Positions 7,808 to 17,924 of a stretch of DNA of 64,000 bases are shown one piece after another; the stretch's first letter is position 1; each line of letters opens with the position of its first letter. The notes beneath the pieces are model-generated. The model was given only the letters and a program-made list of their open reading frames with translations, searched no databases and was not told where the DNA came from. Source of the stretch: Candidatus Kapaibacterium sp. (lineage in GTDB: Bacteria > Bacteroidota > Ignavibacteria > Kapaibacteriales > UBA4661); the NCBI GenBank assembly GCA_025455065.1, contig JALONG010000011.1, forward strand, positions 27,738-91,737, read 5' to 3'. Both the position numbers and the translations under genes were made by a program.

Positions 7808-9856
7808 TTGTTGTCGAGTGAGATTATGTACATTTCCCTGTCTCCGTCGTTTTGCAAAAGCCTTATCGTGCTTTCTTGCGGCGTGTTTCTACAAGCCACG
7901 TCATTACTTGGTTTCCAGCAAAATCTTGATTCGCTGAAATCGCTTGTTACTTCAAAGAAACCCATGCAAGACACAATCACCATTGCGATTTTGAATACTC
8001 TTGCTCAAGAATACCGCTCTCGCAATGCAGATTCTTCCTTAAAGTACGCTCACGAAGCACTTGATCGCTCTGAAAATATCGGTTATCAAAAAGGACTTGG
8101 TACAGCACTTATCAACTTAGGCAATGTTTATCGGAATTTAGGCGATTACAACCGTGCGCTGGGCTTTTTACAACGCGCTCTGACTGTGGGCGAACAGGCA
8201 AGAAGTAACACGCTTATCGGTCAGGCATGGAATGGCATGGGCATTGTGTATGTGCGGCAAGGCAGCCTAGACCGCGCTTTGGATGCGCTTTTGAAGGCAT
8301 TGCGTATTTCCGAACAGCTTCACGATGCTCGCGGAGCGGCATCAGCACTGGATAATTTAGGAATTGTGCATATTCGCCAAGGCAATACGGTACGGGCTTT
8401 TCAAGCACTTTTTCGTGCATTGCATTTGACCGACTCCATTCACGATAAACGCTTGCGCTCTATTGTTTTGAATGACCTTGGCATTGCATATCGAACAGAA
8501 AAGAAATTCGATAGCGCACTGGTGGTCTATCGGCAATCGCTGGCACTCAAAGAGACACTCAAAGACAAGCAAGGAAGCGCACTTGCGCTCAACGGCATGG
8601 GCATTGTTTTTCGTTTGCAGGAACGCTATGACAGTGCGTTGGTATTTTTCACCCGCGCCTTGCAGTTGCAAGAAGAACTTGCCTTTCAACCCGGCATGGC
8701 GACTGCTCTCAGTGATATTGCGCAGACATACTCTCAACTTGGCAATGCCAAAGAAGCAATTCGCTATGCAGAGCGCTGTATTTCCGTGGCAAGAGGTATT
8801 GGTGCAAAAGTAGATTTACGCAGCGCTTACCAAACACTGGCAGAAGTCCATGAACGCCAAAAGAACACGAACCTTGCTTTTGTGTATTTTCGCCTTTATA
8901 CAGCTATCAAAGATTCTATTTTTAACGAAGAAGTGGCACGCAAAACCGCCGACCTTAATTCGCACTATGAACAGGAGGCGCAGGAACAGCGTATTCAACT
9001 ATTGGAGCGGGAAAAGCAAGTACAGACGCTTGAATTAGAGCGCCGTACCCTGCTTATTTACGGACTTTTGGCGGTGGGGCTTTTGACGATTGCGCTTGTC
9101 GGTGCGCTTTGGAGTAGAATTCGGTATCGAAAGCGTGTACAAGCGGAATTGCAAGCAAAAAATTACGAACTCGCAGCCGCACATCAAGAATCCGAAGACC
9201 TTCTTCGGAACACGCTTCCCGCCTCAATTGTAGAGCGTTTGAAACGCGGTGAAGGTGTCATTGCCGACCGATTCGATTCAGTAACGGTACTGTTTGCCGA
9301 TATTGTCGGGTTTTCGGCTATTACCGCCGCCATGCCTCCGGAAGATCTTGTAACCTTGCTGGACAGCATTTTTTCGGATATTGACGCAATCGCCACCACG
9401 CATAGTTTGGAAAAAATCAAGACGGTCGGCGATTCGTATATGCTCGTGGGTGGTGCGCCGGAGCGCTCGGAAGACCATTGTTTACGTGTTGTACGGGCGG
9501 CGTTTGCGATTCAAAATGCCGTTTCGCGTACCGCACTTGGTATGGGAATGACGATGAATGTTCGCATCGGTATTCACACGGGGGCAGTTGTGGCAGGCGT
9601 TATCGGGGCAAAAAAGTTTTCTTACGACCTTTGGGGCGACACGGTAAACATCGCCAGCCGCATGGAATTTCACGGCGAAGCAGGAAAAATTCACTGCACC
9701 GAAACGGTGTACGACATCGTACAAAGTGCCGTAAAACCTGATTCTACTGAACATCAAACTGAACATCAAACGAGATACACCATTGAAAAGCGTGAACCGA
9801 TTGAGGTTAAAGGAAAAGGTTTGATGCAAACCTATTATTTGCTTCAACAAGAATAA
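7808..9856 (+). CDS. TPR-repeat, single-TM class III adenylate/guanylate cyclase
   Basis: TPR array, TM helix, cyclase motifs FADIVGFS, KIKTVGDSYM, YDLWGDTVNIASRME. The K/D specificity residues favour ATP. Start codon uncertain. Confidence 0.9.
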   Translation: MLSSEIMYISLSPSFCKSLIVLSCGVFLQATSLLGFQQNLDSLKSLVTSKKPMQDTITIAILNTLAQEYRSRNADSSLKYAHEALDRSENIGYQKGLGTALINLGNVYRNLGDYNRALGFLQRALTVGEQARSNTLIGQAWNGMGIVYVRQGSLDRALDALLKALRISEQLHDARGAASALDNLGIVHIRQGNTVRAFQALFRALHLTDSIHDKRLRSIVLNDLGIAYRTEKKFDSALVVYRQSLALKETLKDKQGSALALNGMGIVFRLQERYDSALVFFTRALQLQEELAFQPGMATALSDIAQTYSQLGNAKEAIRYAERCISVARGIGAKVDLRSAYQTLAEVHERQKNTNLAFVYFRLYTAIKDSIFNEEVARKTADLNSHYEQEAQEQRIQLLEREKQVQTLELERRTLLIYGLLAVGLLTIALVGALWSRIRYRKRVQAELQAKNYELAAAHQESEDLLRNTLPASIVERLKRGEGVIADRFDSVTVLFADIVGFSAITAAMPPEDLVTLLDSIFSDIDAIATTHSLEKIKTVGDSYMLVGGAPERSEDHCLRVVRAAFAIQNAVSRTALGMGMTMNVRIGIHTGAVVAGVIGAKKFSYDLWGDTVNIASRMEFHGEAGKIHCTETVYDIVQSAVKPDSTEHQTEHQTRYTIEKREPIEVKGKGLMQTYYLLQQE

Positions 9857-9996
9857 GTCCGGCAAGGCATTTCCTTGTGAAATCTAGTTGTCCAATTTTT
9901 TCTGACACTGCCAGCTTCGTTATAGCGCCAAAAAGCCTGATTGTTATTCGCAATGCGAGTAATAATCAGGCTTGTAAGCTATTTCAGTTTCGCAAT

Positions 9997-12186
9997 TTAA
10001 TACCGCATAATCTTTCGTGCAGCCTCAGCGATTTTATCGGCAGAAATCAAAATATCCATTTCCAACACCTTTGCAAAGCCCACCGGAATATCCTTCGAGG
10101 CAACACGCCCGACCGGAGCATCCAGATAACGGAAGAGTTCTTCTTGAATAGAAGCCGCAATTTCACCGCCAAAGCCACCGTTACGGTAGTGTTCATGCGC
10201 TACAAGCGCACGGCTGGTGCGTTTGACAGATTCAAAAACCATTTGTTTGTCCCAAGGCGCAAGCGAGCGCAAGTCAATCACTTCCGCGTTGATGCCTTCC
10301 GCAGCAAGTTTTTCTGCGGCTTGCAAGCTAAGATGAATAGCATTGCCGTAAGAAATAATCGTCATGTCGGTTCCGGGACGGCGAATTTTCGCTTTGCCGA
10401 AAGGAATCATAAAATCTTCGTCCGGAATAGAAGTCGAGGTAGGGCGGTAGTTGTAGAGGAACTTCGGTTCGATATACACCGTCAAACCTTTGGAACGAAG
10501 CGCATGGCGCATCAATCCTACAGCGTCATCGGCAAATGCCGGACACACTACCCGTGCGCCCGGAAGGTGTGCAAACACTGCATCAAGATTTTGCGAATGG
10601 TATAAACCACCTTGAATAAAGCCGCCGCTAGCAAGGCGAATCACCATGTTGGGCGAATACTGCCCTTTGGTACGCCAGTATTCATGAGTACATTCAACAT
10701 ATGCTTCCATTGCGGGCCAAAAATAATCGGCAAATTCTGCACCTTCGACCACAACACGAATGTCGTCACGATAACGACAGAAACCGTTCGCCGTACCGAC
10801 GATAAAATCTTCCGCAATCGGCGCATTAAATACGCGCTCGTTGCCAAATTCCGTCATCAAACCCTTCGGAACGTTGAAAATACCTTGCTTTTCTTTGGAA
10901 GCAACATCTTGTCCCCAAAGAAACGTATTCGGATTGCGGCGAAACTCCGTGCGCATCCCCAAGTTAATTCCTTCGCGGAAAGTAATTTGCGGTGCATTCG
11001 GGTCGCTGACAAAGGTGTCATCGTGGTTGTAGCCGACAAGCGGGTCGGGAATGAGAAACATCTCATTTTCTGCGGGGTCGGGTATCGGGAGCGGCTCTAC
11101 GCGGTCTGCGGCAGCAAAAATCTCTTCTTTGTTTTTCGCTTCCATTTCTACAAGCTGCTCTTCGGTCATATAGCCTTTTTCCAGCACCGTAGCTCTCATG
11201 CGGGCTAGCGGGTCGCGTGTCCACATTTCGGCGATTTCTTCTTTGGTGCGGTAAAGTTCGTGATTGTCAGAATTGGAGTGCGAAAGAAGGCGGTCGCACT
11301 CGGCATGAACCATCGCAGCGCCTTCGCCGGAAAGCACGTAATCACGTGCTTCTTCGAGTGCGCGGAAGGATGCAAAAGGGTCACGCCCGTCGCAGTTGAT
11401 GATTTTGAAATTCGCAAAACCCCTGAAATTGTCGGAAACACGCAAGTTTGCGGTTTGTTCACGGAGTGGCACGGAAATACCGAAACCGTTGTTTTGAATA
11501 ACAAAAATCACGGGAAGTTTCTCGCGGCTCGCACCATTCACTGCTTCGTAAAAATAGCCTTCGGAGCAGGCAGAATCACCCCCGGAATAAATCACAAATT
11601 CATCGCCTTTGTATTTTTTAATAGCTCGTGCCGTTCCTGCCGCCATTTGCGAGTGATTACCCGTAAGCGCAGAACGGTTCTGGATGCCAAGCGGAATTTT
11701 CGCAAAGTGATTCGACATATTCCGTCCGCCGCTCGACACATCGGCAGCTTTGCTCAGACCGTTCATGATGATTTCATCCGGCGTGATTCCTGCTGCCATA
11801 CAGGAGAGAAAATCGCGGTAATACGGGTAGAAATAATCTTTGCCCTGACGGAAAATTTTCCCGATAGCAATTTGGATTCCCTCGTGTCCGGCGCACGGAG
11901 CGTGATACGACCAGCCTTTGGCAAGTTTCAGATAATTCGCGGCTTTCTCATCCAATTTGCGCCCCAAGTGCATAAGGCGATACCATTCAACAACGGTTTC
12001 TTTGTCAAAGCCCTTCGTGTCGAAGGTGTAGCCTTTCGGATGCTTCGTTGCAGTCGCGGTGGCATTGCCGGAAGAGCCGTTTGATGCGGGTACATGACCG
12101 TTTGCGCCATTGGCACTGGCGTTTGCTGCTTTGGGAACGGGTTTATTCGATTTCGCCGCTACCGGAGCGGATTTTTTCGATGCCAT
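9997..12186 (-). CDS. 2-oxoacid (probably branched-chain) dehydrogenase E1, fused alpha+beta subunits
   Basis: PYYRD, TPP motif GDSACSEG...QNN, beta-part ERVFNAPIAE, HSQ, EVIDLRSL. Likely start MASKK at 12186. Confidence 0.92.
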   Translation of the reverse strand: MASKKSAPVAAKSNKPVPKAANASANGANGHVPASNGSSGNATATATKHPKGYTFDTKGFDKETVVEWYRLMHLGRKLDEKAANYLKLAKGWSYHAPCAGHEGIQIAIGKIFRQGKDYFYPYYRDFLSCMAAGITPDEIIMNGLSKAADVSSGGRNMSNHFAKIPLGIQNRSALTGNHSQMAAGTARAIKKYKGDEFVIYSGGDSACSEGYFYEAVNGASREKLPVIFVIQNNGFGISVPLREQTANLRVSDNFRGFANFKIINCDGRDPFASFRALEEARDYVLSGEGAAMVHAECDRLLSHSNSDNHELYRTKEEIAEMWTRDPLARMRATVLEKGYMTEEQLVEMEAKNKEEIFAAADRVEPLPIPDPAENEMFLIPDPLVGYNHDDTFVSDPNAPQITFREGINLGMRTEFRRNPNTFLWGQDVASKEKQGIFNVPKGLMTEFGNERVFNAPIAEDFIVGTANGFCRYRDDIRVVVEGAEFADYFWPAMEAYVECTHEYWRTKGQYSPNMVIRLASGGFIQGGLYHSQNLDAVFAHLPGARVVCPAFADDAVGLMRHALRSKGLTVYIEPKFLYNYRPTSTSIPDEDFMIPFGKAKIRRPGTDMTIISYGNAIHLSLQAAEKLAAEGINAEVIDLRSLAPWDKQMVFESVKRTSRALVAHEHYRNGGFGGEIAASIQEELFRYLDAPVGRVASKDIPVGFAKVLEMDILISADKIAEAARKIMRY

Positions 12187-12329
12187 AGAGAAAACTCCTA
12201 CGCTAAAAACGTGAAGAAAAAAGATTTGTCGTGAACAAGATTTATCGTGGACATGGTTTTGGGTGAATTTGGAATACAAGGTAAAATGGCGAGGTAGCAA
12301 ACGCGAGGCTGACTCCTAAGATTCTTCCC

Positions 12330-12473
12330 GTAGCACAGACATTCTTGTCTGTGTCCGAAATGAGCGGAGCGAATAATCTTCAAAGCCAGTCTTCACACTG
12401 CTTTTGGTTATTACTGCTTTCGGAAATTATGCCTAGCGGCATACAAGGACACAGACAAGAATGTCTGTGCTAC
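12330..12473. repeat. REP doublet (REPIN-like): two perfect inverted 27-bp GTAG-type REPs
   Basis: GTAGCACAGACATTCTTGTCTGTGTCC (12330-12356) and its exact reverse complement (12447-12473). Each has GTAG plus the palindrome CACAGACA-TTCT-TGTCTGTG. Confidence 0.85.
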
Positions 12474-12834
12474 AAGAAATCTGCGATACAGAAAATTGTC
12501 CACTTGTTTTTTGCCAATTCCCAGAACACAACACCGAAGCGGCTTCGCGGAAAATATATCTCATCTTCCTGAACAAGGCATATTACCTGTGCATTTTACC
12601 TACTGAAGTCGGTAAATTACAAAATATTCATTAAAAACCTTCACCGAGTGCAAGTGTTTTTTTGCTGTTTCAGGGAATAGGCAAAAATAACAGATAATTT
12701 TTCTCACCAACAATTCACCAAATTTTTCGTATTTTCTCTGTTTCGTGTGTTTGCAACAAAAATCTCCCTTCAGAGAGAGCGAGAAGGCTTGCAGCACCGC
12801 TTAAATACTCGTTTTTCACTCTTTTTTTCTCTCA

Positions 12835-15300
12835 ATGGTTGTTCTCAAATTCGGCGGCTCTTCCGTTGGCACACCGGAGCGCGTCAATAGTGTTATCGCA
12901 ATTTCTGTTCAATCTCAGAAAAAACATGGTCGTATTGCTGTTGTCGTATCAGCGTTTTCCGGCATTACCGACCAACTTATCAAAACCGCGAAACTCGCCT
13001 CCAACGGCGACACCGCATACAGCAACGAGTTTGACGATATTTACCGTCGCCATATCACCGCACTCGAAACGCTGTTTTCCACCGAAAACACCGACAAAAG
13101 CGGCTTAGACACGGTGCGCAAAGAAGTCGAAGCGATTTTGATGGAATTGCGCGGACTTCTGCACGGCATTTTCCTCATTCGTGAACTTTCCAAACGGACG
13201 CTTGATTATGTGTGCAGTTTCGGTGAGCGCCTTTCCGCATTTATCATTGCCCGGACGATGTCTGCTCGCAAGGTTCACGCGGAATTTTTGGATGCTCGTA
13301 CACTCATCAAAACTAATGACGAATTTACCTCTGCAAAAGTGGATTTCCCCACCACCAATGCAAACGTGCAGAAATACTTCGCTGAAAACGAGGCGCTGAA
13401 CGTCATCACGGGTTTTATCGGCTCGACAAGCGACGGACAAACAACCACGCTGGGGCGCGGTGGTTCGGATTACACCGCAGCAATCATTGGCGCTGCGCTG
13501 ACGGCAAAGGATATTGAAATTTGGACGGATGTGGATGGCGTAATGACCGCAGACCCGCGCAAAGTCAAGAACGCTTGCACATTGGAACGCCTCACCTACG
13601 AAGAAGCGATGGAATTATCGCACTTCGGCGCAAAGGTGATTTATCCGCCGACCATACAACCCGCATTCGACCTTGGTATTCCACTTTGGATTAAAAACAC
13701 GTTTAATCCCGAATTTCCCGGAACACTCATTGACCGCGACGGCGACACGAGTTCTGCGCTGCCGATTAAGGGCATTTCGTCCATTAAAGAAATCACGCTC
13801 ATTTCGCTCGAAGGAAGCGGTATGGTGGGCGTTGTCGGCGTGGCGCACAGACTTTTTAGCGCCCTTGCGCGGGAGCGGGTGAACGTGATAATGATTACGC
13901 AGGCTTCGTCGGAACATTCGATTTGTATTGCGGTGGAGCCGAATCTGGCTGACAGCGCCGCCCGTGCTATCAACGAGGAATTTACTTACGAGATGAACGT
14001 AACGCGGCAAATTAACGCTGTGAAAGTAGAGAAAAATCTTTCGGTGATTGCGGTTGTGGGTAGCAAAATGCGCCACACGCCGGGCATTGCGGGGAAAGTC
14101 TTTCAAGCACTGGGGCGCAACGGCGTGAATGTACGCGCCATTGCGCAGGGTTCGTCGGAACTGAATATTTCGATAATTGTGGATGCAGCGCACGAAAGCA
14201 AGGCAATAAGCGCCATTCACAACAATTTCTTTTTGGCTTCCTCGAAAACACTGCATTTGTTCATCATCGGCACAGGCTTAATCGGTAAAGAACTTCTCAA
14301 GCAAATGCAGCAACAGCGCGAGTTTTTGATGAAAACACGCGGTTTGGAACTGAAACTTATCGGCATTGCCAACAGCGCAACAATGCTTTTTAACGAAGAC
14401 GGTATCAATACCGAAAAGTGGTCAGAAGCGCTTGAATCCTCGCAAAGCAGCATGGAAACCCGTGCATTTTTGGAGCAGATGAAAGCGCTCAGTTTGCCGA
14501 ACAAAGTGTTTGTAGATAATACCACCAGCGAAACGATTGCGGCGCTCTACGAAGAAATTCTTCAAAATAGCATTGCGATTGTTACACCGAACAAAAAAGC
14601 AAATACCGGCTCCTATGCTCAATACAACGCCATGCGTGAAGCGGCTCTGAAAGCAAACGCGGGACTGTTTTACGAAACCAATGTCGGCGGTGGGCTTCCG
14701 GTGATTGACACGCTGCGCGGCTTGGTGGGAAGCGGCGACACAGTGCATAGAATCGAAGCAATCTGCTCCGGTACGCTGTCGTATGTCTTCAACACCTTCA
14801 CCGAAGGCAAACGTTTCAGCGACGTTATCAAAGAAGCACGGGAAAAGGGCTTCACCGAGCCGGACCCGCGTGATGATTTGGGTGGAACGGATGTGGCGCG
14901 GAAACTTCTCATTTTGGCACGGGAAATCGGCTTAAACCTTGAACTGAGCGATATTGCCGTAGAAAATCTTGTGCCTGCATCCTGCGCCAAAGCTGCATCG
15001 GTGGAAGAATTTTTTACCGCGTTGGCGAAGGAAGATGAAACATTCGAGAAACGTCGCACGGAAGCCGCTAAAGCGGGAAAAGTGTTGCGCTATGTGGCAA
15101 CATTGAGCAATGGCAAAGGCAGCGCAAAACTTGAGGCGGTAGATGCCACGCATCCATTCTTCAGTTTGAACGCAACTGATAACAAATTCGCCATTACAAG
15201 CGAGTATTACTCGACAACACCACTTGTGATTCAAGGTCCGGGCGCGGGGGCGAAAGTAACGGCCTCAGGTGTTTTGGCAGATATTTTGCGGACGGCGTAA
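12835..15300 (+). CDS. thrA: Bifunctional aspartokinase/homoserine dehydrogenase
   Basis: VLKFGGSSV, TTLGRGGSDYTA, WTDVDG, two ACT domains, GTGLIG, ETNVGGGLP, TEPDPRDDL, GPGAG..VTA.GV. Confidence 0.96.
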   Translation: MVVLKFGGSSVGTPERVNSVIAISVQSQKKHGRIAVVVSAFSGITDQLIKTAKLASNGDTAYSNEFDDIYRRHITALETLFSTENTDKSGLDTVRKEVEAILMELRGLLHGIFLIRELSKRTLDYVCSFGERLSAFIIARTMSARKVHAEFLDARTLIKTNDEFTSAKVDFPTTNANVQKYFAENEALNVITGFIGSTSDGQTTTLGRGGSDYTAAIIGAALTAKDIEIWTDVDGVMTADPRKVKNACTLERLTYEEAMELSHFGAKVIYPPTIQPAFDLGIPLWIKNTFNPEFPGTLIDRDGDTSSALPIKGISSIKEITLISLEGSGMVGVVGVAHRLFSALARERVNVIMITQASSEHSICIAVEPNLADSAARAINEEFTYEMNVTRQINAVKVEKNLSVIAVVGSKMRHTPGIAGKVFQALGRNGVNVRAIAQGSSELNISIIVDAAHESKAISAIHNNFFLASSKTLHLFIIGTGLIGKELLKQMQQQREFLMKTRGLELKLIGIANSATMLFNEDGINTEKWSEALESSQSSMETRAFLEQMKALSLPNKVFVDNTTSETIAALYEEILQNSIAIVTPNKKANTGSYAQYNAMREAALKANAGLFYETNVGGGLPVIDTLRGLVGSGDTVHRIEAICSGTLSYVFNTFTEGKRFSDVIKEAREKGFTEPDPRDDLGGTDVARKLLILAREIGLNLELSDIAVENLVPASCAKAASVEEFFTALAKEDETFEKRRTEAAKAGKVLRYVATLSNGKGSAKLEAVDATHPFFSLNATDNKFAITSEYYSTTPLVIQGPGAGAKVTASGVLADILRTA

Positions 15301-15327
15301 AACCTGATTATTCTGCGTAAATAAATG

Positions 15328-15366
15328 ACAAGGGCTTCATCACAAATGTTGTGGTGAAGCCCTTGT
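15328..15366 (+). terminator. Hairpin, probable terminator after thrA
   Basis: ACAAGGGCTTCATCACAA / TTGTGGTGAAGCCCTTGT stem; weak U-tract. Confidence 0.6.
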
Positions 15367-15507
15367 TGTAGAGTATGGCTTCTCTGGTTACAAAGGGTAA
15401 TAAAAAGAATTTTTGTTAAAAAAGAAAGTGTATTTTTCTGAAAGCCGTAAAGGTTGTAAATTAGTAGTCTTTGCAACAACTCTGTTCCAGCTTTCAAGGA
15501 CAAACCG

Positions 15508-16512
15508 TTGAATTCATCTCCACAATCCCCCCCGAAAACTTTTCTCATCACCGGCGGCGCGGGCTTTATCGGTTCGCATTTGTCGAAATATCTGCTTGAG
15601 CGCGGTCATACCGTCTTTGCGCTCGATAATCTTTCCACCGGCACGATGGACAATATCACCGACATCCGCTCTAATCCTGCCTTCCAAAGCCGTTTTCACT
15701 TCGTCCGCGACGACATTATGAACGAAATGGTGCTAGACCGCATCACGTCTCAAGTGGATATTGTCGTGCATTTGGCGGCAGCAGTCGGTGTGCAGCTTAT
15801 CGTCGAAAAGCCCGTCCATACGATTGAAACCAACATCATGGGCAGCGAAATTGTTCTCAAAACCGCTCTGCGTTATGGTTGCCGCGTTATGCTCGCAAGC
15901 ACATCAGAAGTCTATGGCAAAGGCGTAAAAATTCCATTCAATGAAAACGACGACGTGCTGCTGGGAAACACCGGGAAATCACGCTGGGCGTATGCTGCCA
16001 GCAAGATGATTGATGAGTTTTTGGGCTTGGCGTATTACCAAGAATACGGCTTGCAAGTTGTTCCTTTCCGCCTTTTCAACACCGTCGGAGCGCGTCAAAC
16101 TGGGCGCTACGGCATGGTGATTCCACGCTTTGTGCAACAAGCGCTTCGCGGTGAACCGATTCGCGTCTTTGGCGACGGCACACAAAGCCGTTGTTTCTGC
16201 GATGTACGCGATGTTGTCGGTGCGATTTACGGTTTGTCTTTGCACGAGCAGGCTCCCGGCACACTCTTCAACGTTGGCAGCAACGAGGAAGTCAGCATTA
16301 TGGATTTGGCAAAGCGTGTTAAAGCGCTTTCAGGAAGTTCTTCGGATATTGTACTAATTCCGTATTCGGAAGCGTATCCGCCCGGTTTTGAAGATATGCA
16401 GCGCCGGATGCCGGATTCGTCACGTATTCACAGCCTTATCGGTTGGCAACCGACACATTCGCTGGATGAAATTTTGCAGAGCGTGATAGCGTTTGAGCGG
16501 GCGCGTGAATGA
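15508..16512 (+). CDS. NAD-dependent nucleotide-sugar epimerase/dehydratase (extended SDR)
   Basis: ITGGAGFIGSHL, HLAAAVGV, ASTSEVYG, YAASK, RLFNTVG, GDGTQSRCF. Confidence 0.92.
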   Translation: MNSSPQSPPKTFLITGGAGFIGSHLSKYLLERGHTVFALDNLSTGTMDNITDIRSNPAFQSRFHFVRDDIMNEMVLDRITSQVDIVVHLAAAVGVQLIVEKPVHTIETNIMGSEIVLKTALRYGCRVMLASTSEVYGKGVKIPFNENDDVLLGNTGKSRWAYAASKMIDEFLGLAYYQEYGLQVVPFRLFNTVGARQTGRYGMVIPRFVQQALRGEPIRVFGDGTQSRCFCDVRDVVGAIYGLSLHEQAPGTLFNVGSNEEVSIMDLAKRVKALSGSSSDIVLIPYSEAYPPGFEDMQRRMPDSSRIHSLIGWQPTHSLDEILQSVIAFERARE

Positions 16513-16561
16513 TTTTTTGACACGGATTGAAGAGGATTTCACAGATTACACGGATTTTTTT
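16513..16561. repeat. Left 49-bp inverted repeat of GxxExxY cassette
   Basis: TTTTTTGACACGGATTGAAGAGGATTTCACAGATTACACGGATTTTTTT; 47/49 match to the reverse complement of 16941-16989. Confidence 0.93.
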
Positions 16562-16572
16562 GGAATGTTTTT

Positions 16573-16956
16573 ATGCAGCACTCAGAATTGACAGAACAGA
16601 TAATCAAAGTCTTTTATCACGTCTATAACACGCTTGGGCATGGCTTTTTGGAGAAGGTGTACCATAAGTCTATGCTGCTTGCACTACAAAAAAGTGGATT
16701 GCAATGCGAGTCCGAATACCCTTTGAACGTGTATTACGAAGGAACAGTTGTAGGCGAATTTTTTGCAGACATTATCGTTGAAAACAAAGTAATACTTGAA
16801 TTAAAGGCAGTTTCAGCTATTCATCCGGTACATGAAACGCAATTAGTAAATTATTTACGAGCATCAACAATCGAAGTAGGGTTATTGCTTAATTTCGGAA
16901 CCAGCGCTGATGTCCGTCGCAAAGTCTTGAGCAATGACCGAAAAAAATCCGTGTAA
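16573..16956 (+). CDS. GxxExxY protein (PD-(D/E)xK-like fold)
   Basis: LGHGFLEKVY, ADIIVENKVILELKAV, HETQLVNYL, GLLLNFG. Confidence 0.93.
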   Translation: MQHSELTEQIIKVFYHVYNTLGHGFLEKVYHKSMLLALQKSGLQCESEYPLNVYYEGTVVGEFFADIIVENKVILELKAVSAIHPVHETQLVNYLRASTIEVGLLLNFGTSADVRRKVLSNDRKKSV

Positions 16957-16989
16957 TCCGTGAAATCCTCTTTAATCCGTGTCAAAAAA
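16941..16989. repeat. Right 49-bp inverted repeat of GxxExxY cassette
   Basis: AAAAAAATCCGTGTAATCCGTGAAATCCTCTTTAATCCGTGTCAAAAAA; supplies the last codons (KKSV) and the stop of GxxExxY. Confidence 0.93.
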
Positions 16990-16991
16990 AT

Positions 16992-17921
16992 ATGACAACC
17001 TTCAAACTCACAACGCCCGTTGCGATGATTGTTTTCAATCGTCCCGAAACAACCGAAAAAGTCTTTGCCGAAGTCCGCAAAGCGCAACCGCCGAAACTCC
17101 TTCTTGTTGCCGACGGCGCACGTGCCGGACGCGAAGGAGAAGCAGAGCGCTGCGAAGAAGCCCGCAAAACGGTGCTGGATAAGGTAGATTGGGATTGCGA
17201 AGTTTTGACGAACATCGCCCCGCAAAATCTGGGCTGTCGTGGCAGGGTTTCAAGCGGCTTGGAATGGGTTTTTGAGCAGGTTGAAGAGGCGATTATTTTG
17301 GAAGACGACTGTTTGCCACACCCCAGTTTTTTCCGCTATTGTCAGGAGATGTTGGAGCGTTACCGCCATGACGAGCGTATTGGCGTTATTTCGGCAGCAA
17401 ATTTCCGTGTCAAACGTGAAACACAGTACAGCTACTATTTCTCGCGTATTCACCCCATCACAGGCTGGGCTTCGTGGCGGCGTGTTTGGAAAAATTATGA
17501 TTTGTCCATGAAGATTTTCCCTGAAGTCCGCGATAACGGCTTGCTTGCGGATATGTTGGGCGATGATTTTTCGGTGAAGTATTGGACGAAAATTTTCCAA
17601 TCTGCCTACGAAGGGCATGAATCCACGTGGGATTACCAACTCACCTTTTCCGTTTGGATGCAAGGGCAACTTGGTATCATTCCGAATGCGAACCTCATCA
17701 CCAACATCGGTTTTGGCGCAGAAGCTACACACATTACCGACGCAGACCACCCGACGGCAAACGTTCCTTTGGAAGAAATGTCCTTCCCGATGAAGCATCC
17801 GCCTTACATCATCCGTGAAATGACCTTTGAAAAATACGTCCAAGATTACCTTCTCAAATGGTCGCTCGGCTATCGTATTCGCCGCAAAGCAAAACAACTT
17901 TTGAGCGGGGCGAAGCATTGA
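16992..17921 (+). CDS. GT-A fold glycosyltransferase (family 2-like)
   Basis: FNRPE, ADG.R, NLGC, IILEDDCLPH, GWASWRRVW, WDYQ, NLITNIGFG..ATH. Confidence 0.85.
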   Translation: MTTFKLTTPVAMIVFNRPETTEKVFAEVRKAQPPKLLLVADGARAGREGEAERCEEARKTVLDKVDWDCEVLTNIAPQNLGCRGRVSSGLEWVFEQVEEAIILEDDCLPHPSFFRYCQEMLERYRHDERIGVISAANFRVKRETQYSYYFSRIHPITGWASWRRVWKNYDLSMKIFPEVRDNGLLADMLGDDFSVKYWTKIFQSAYEGHESTWDYQLTFSVWMQGQLGIIPNANLITNIGFGAEATHITDADHPTANVPLEEMSFPMKHPPYIIREMTFEKYVQDYLLKWSLGYRIRRKAKQLLSGAKH

Positions 17922-17924
17922 CCA

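Noticed and set aside
9746..9771. 12-nt duplication ACTGAACATCAA in the cyclase gene
   Set aside because: Simple in-frame slippage in a loop; unrelated to the other repeats.
9877..12084. Long antisense ORFs (9877-10605, 11260-12084 and similar ones elsewhere)
   Set aside because: Shadows of well-conserved genes on the opposite strand, with no recognisable motifs.
12600..12834. SAM/lysine riboswitch or Thr attenuator upstream of thrA
   Set aside because: No S-box/L-box core and no Thr/Ile-rich leader peptide found.
16513..16989. Classical IS element
   Set aside because: No DDE, HUH or recombinase motif in the cargo; the IRs are periodic and overlap the gene. Reported as an atypical cassette instead.
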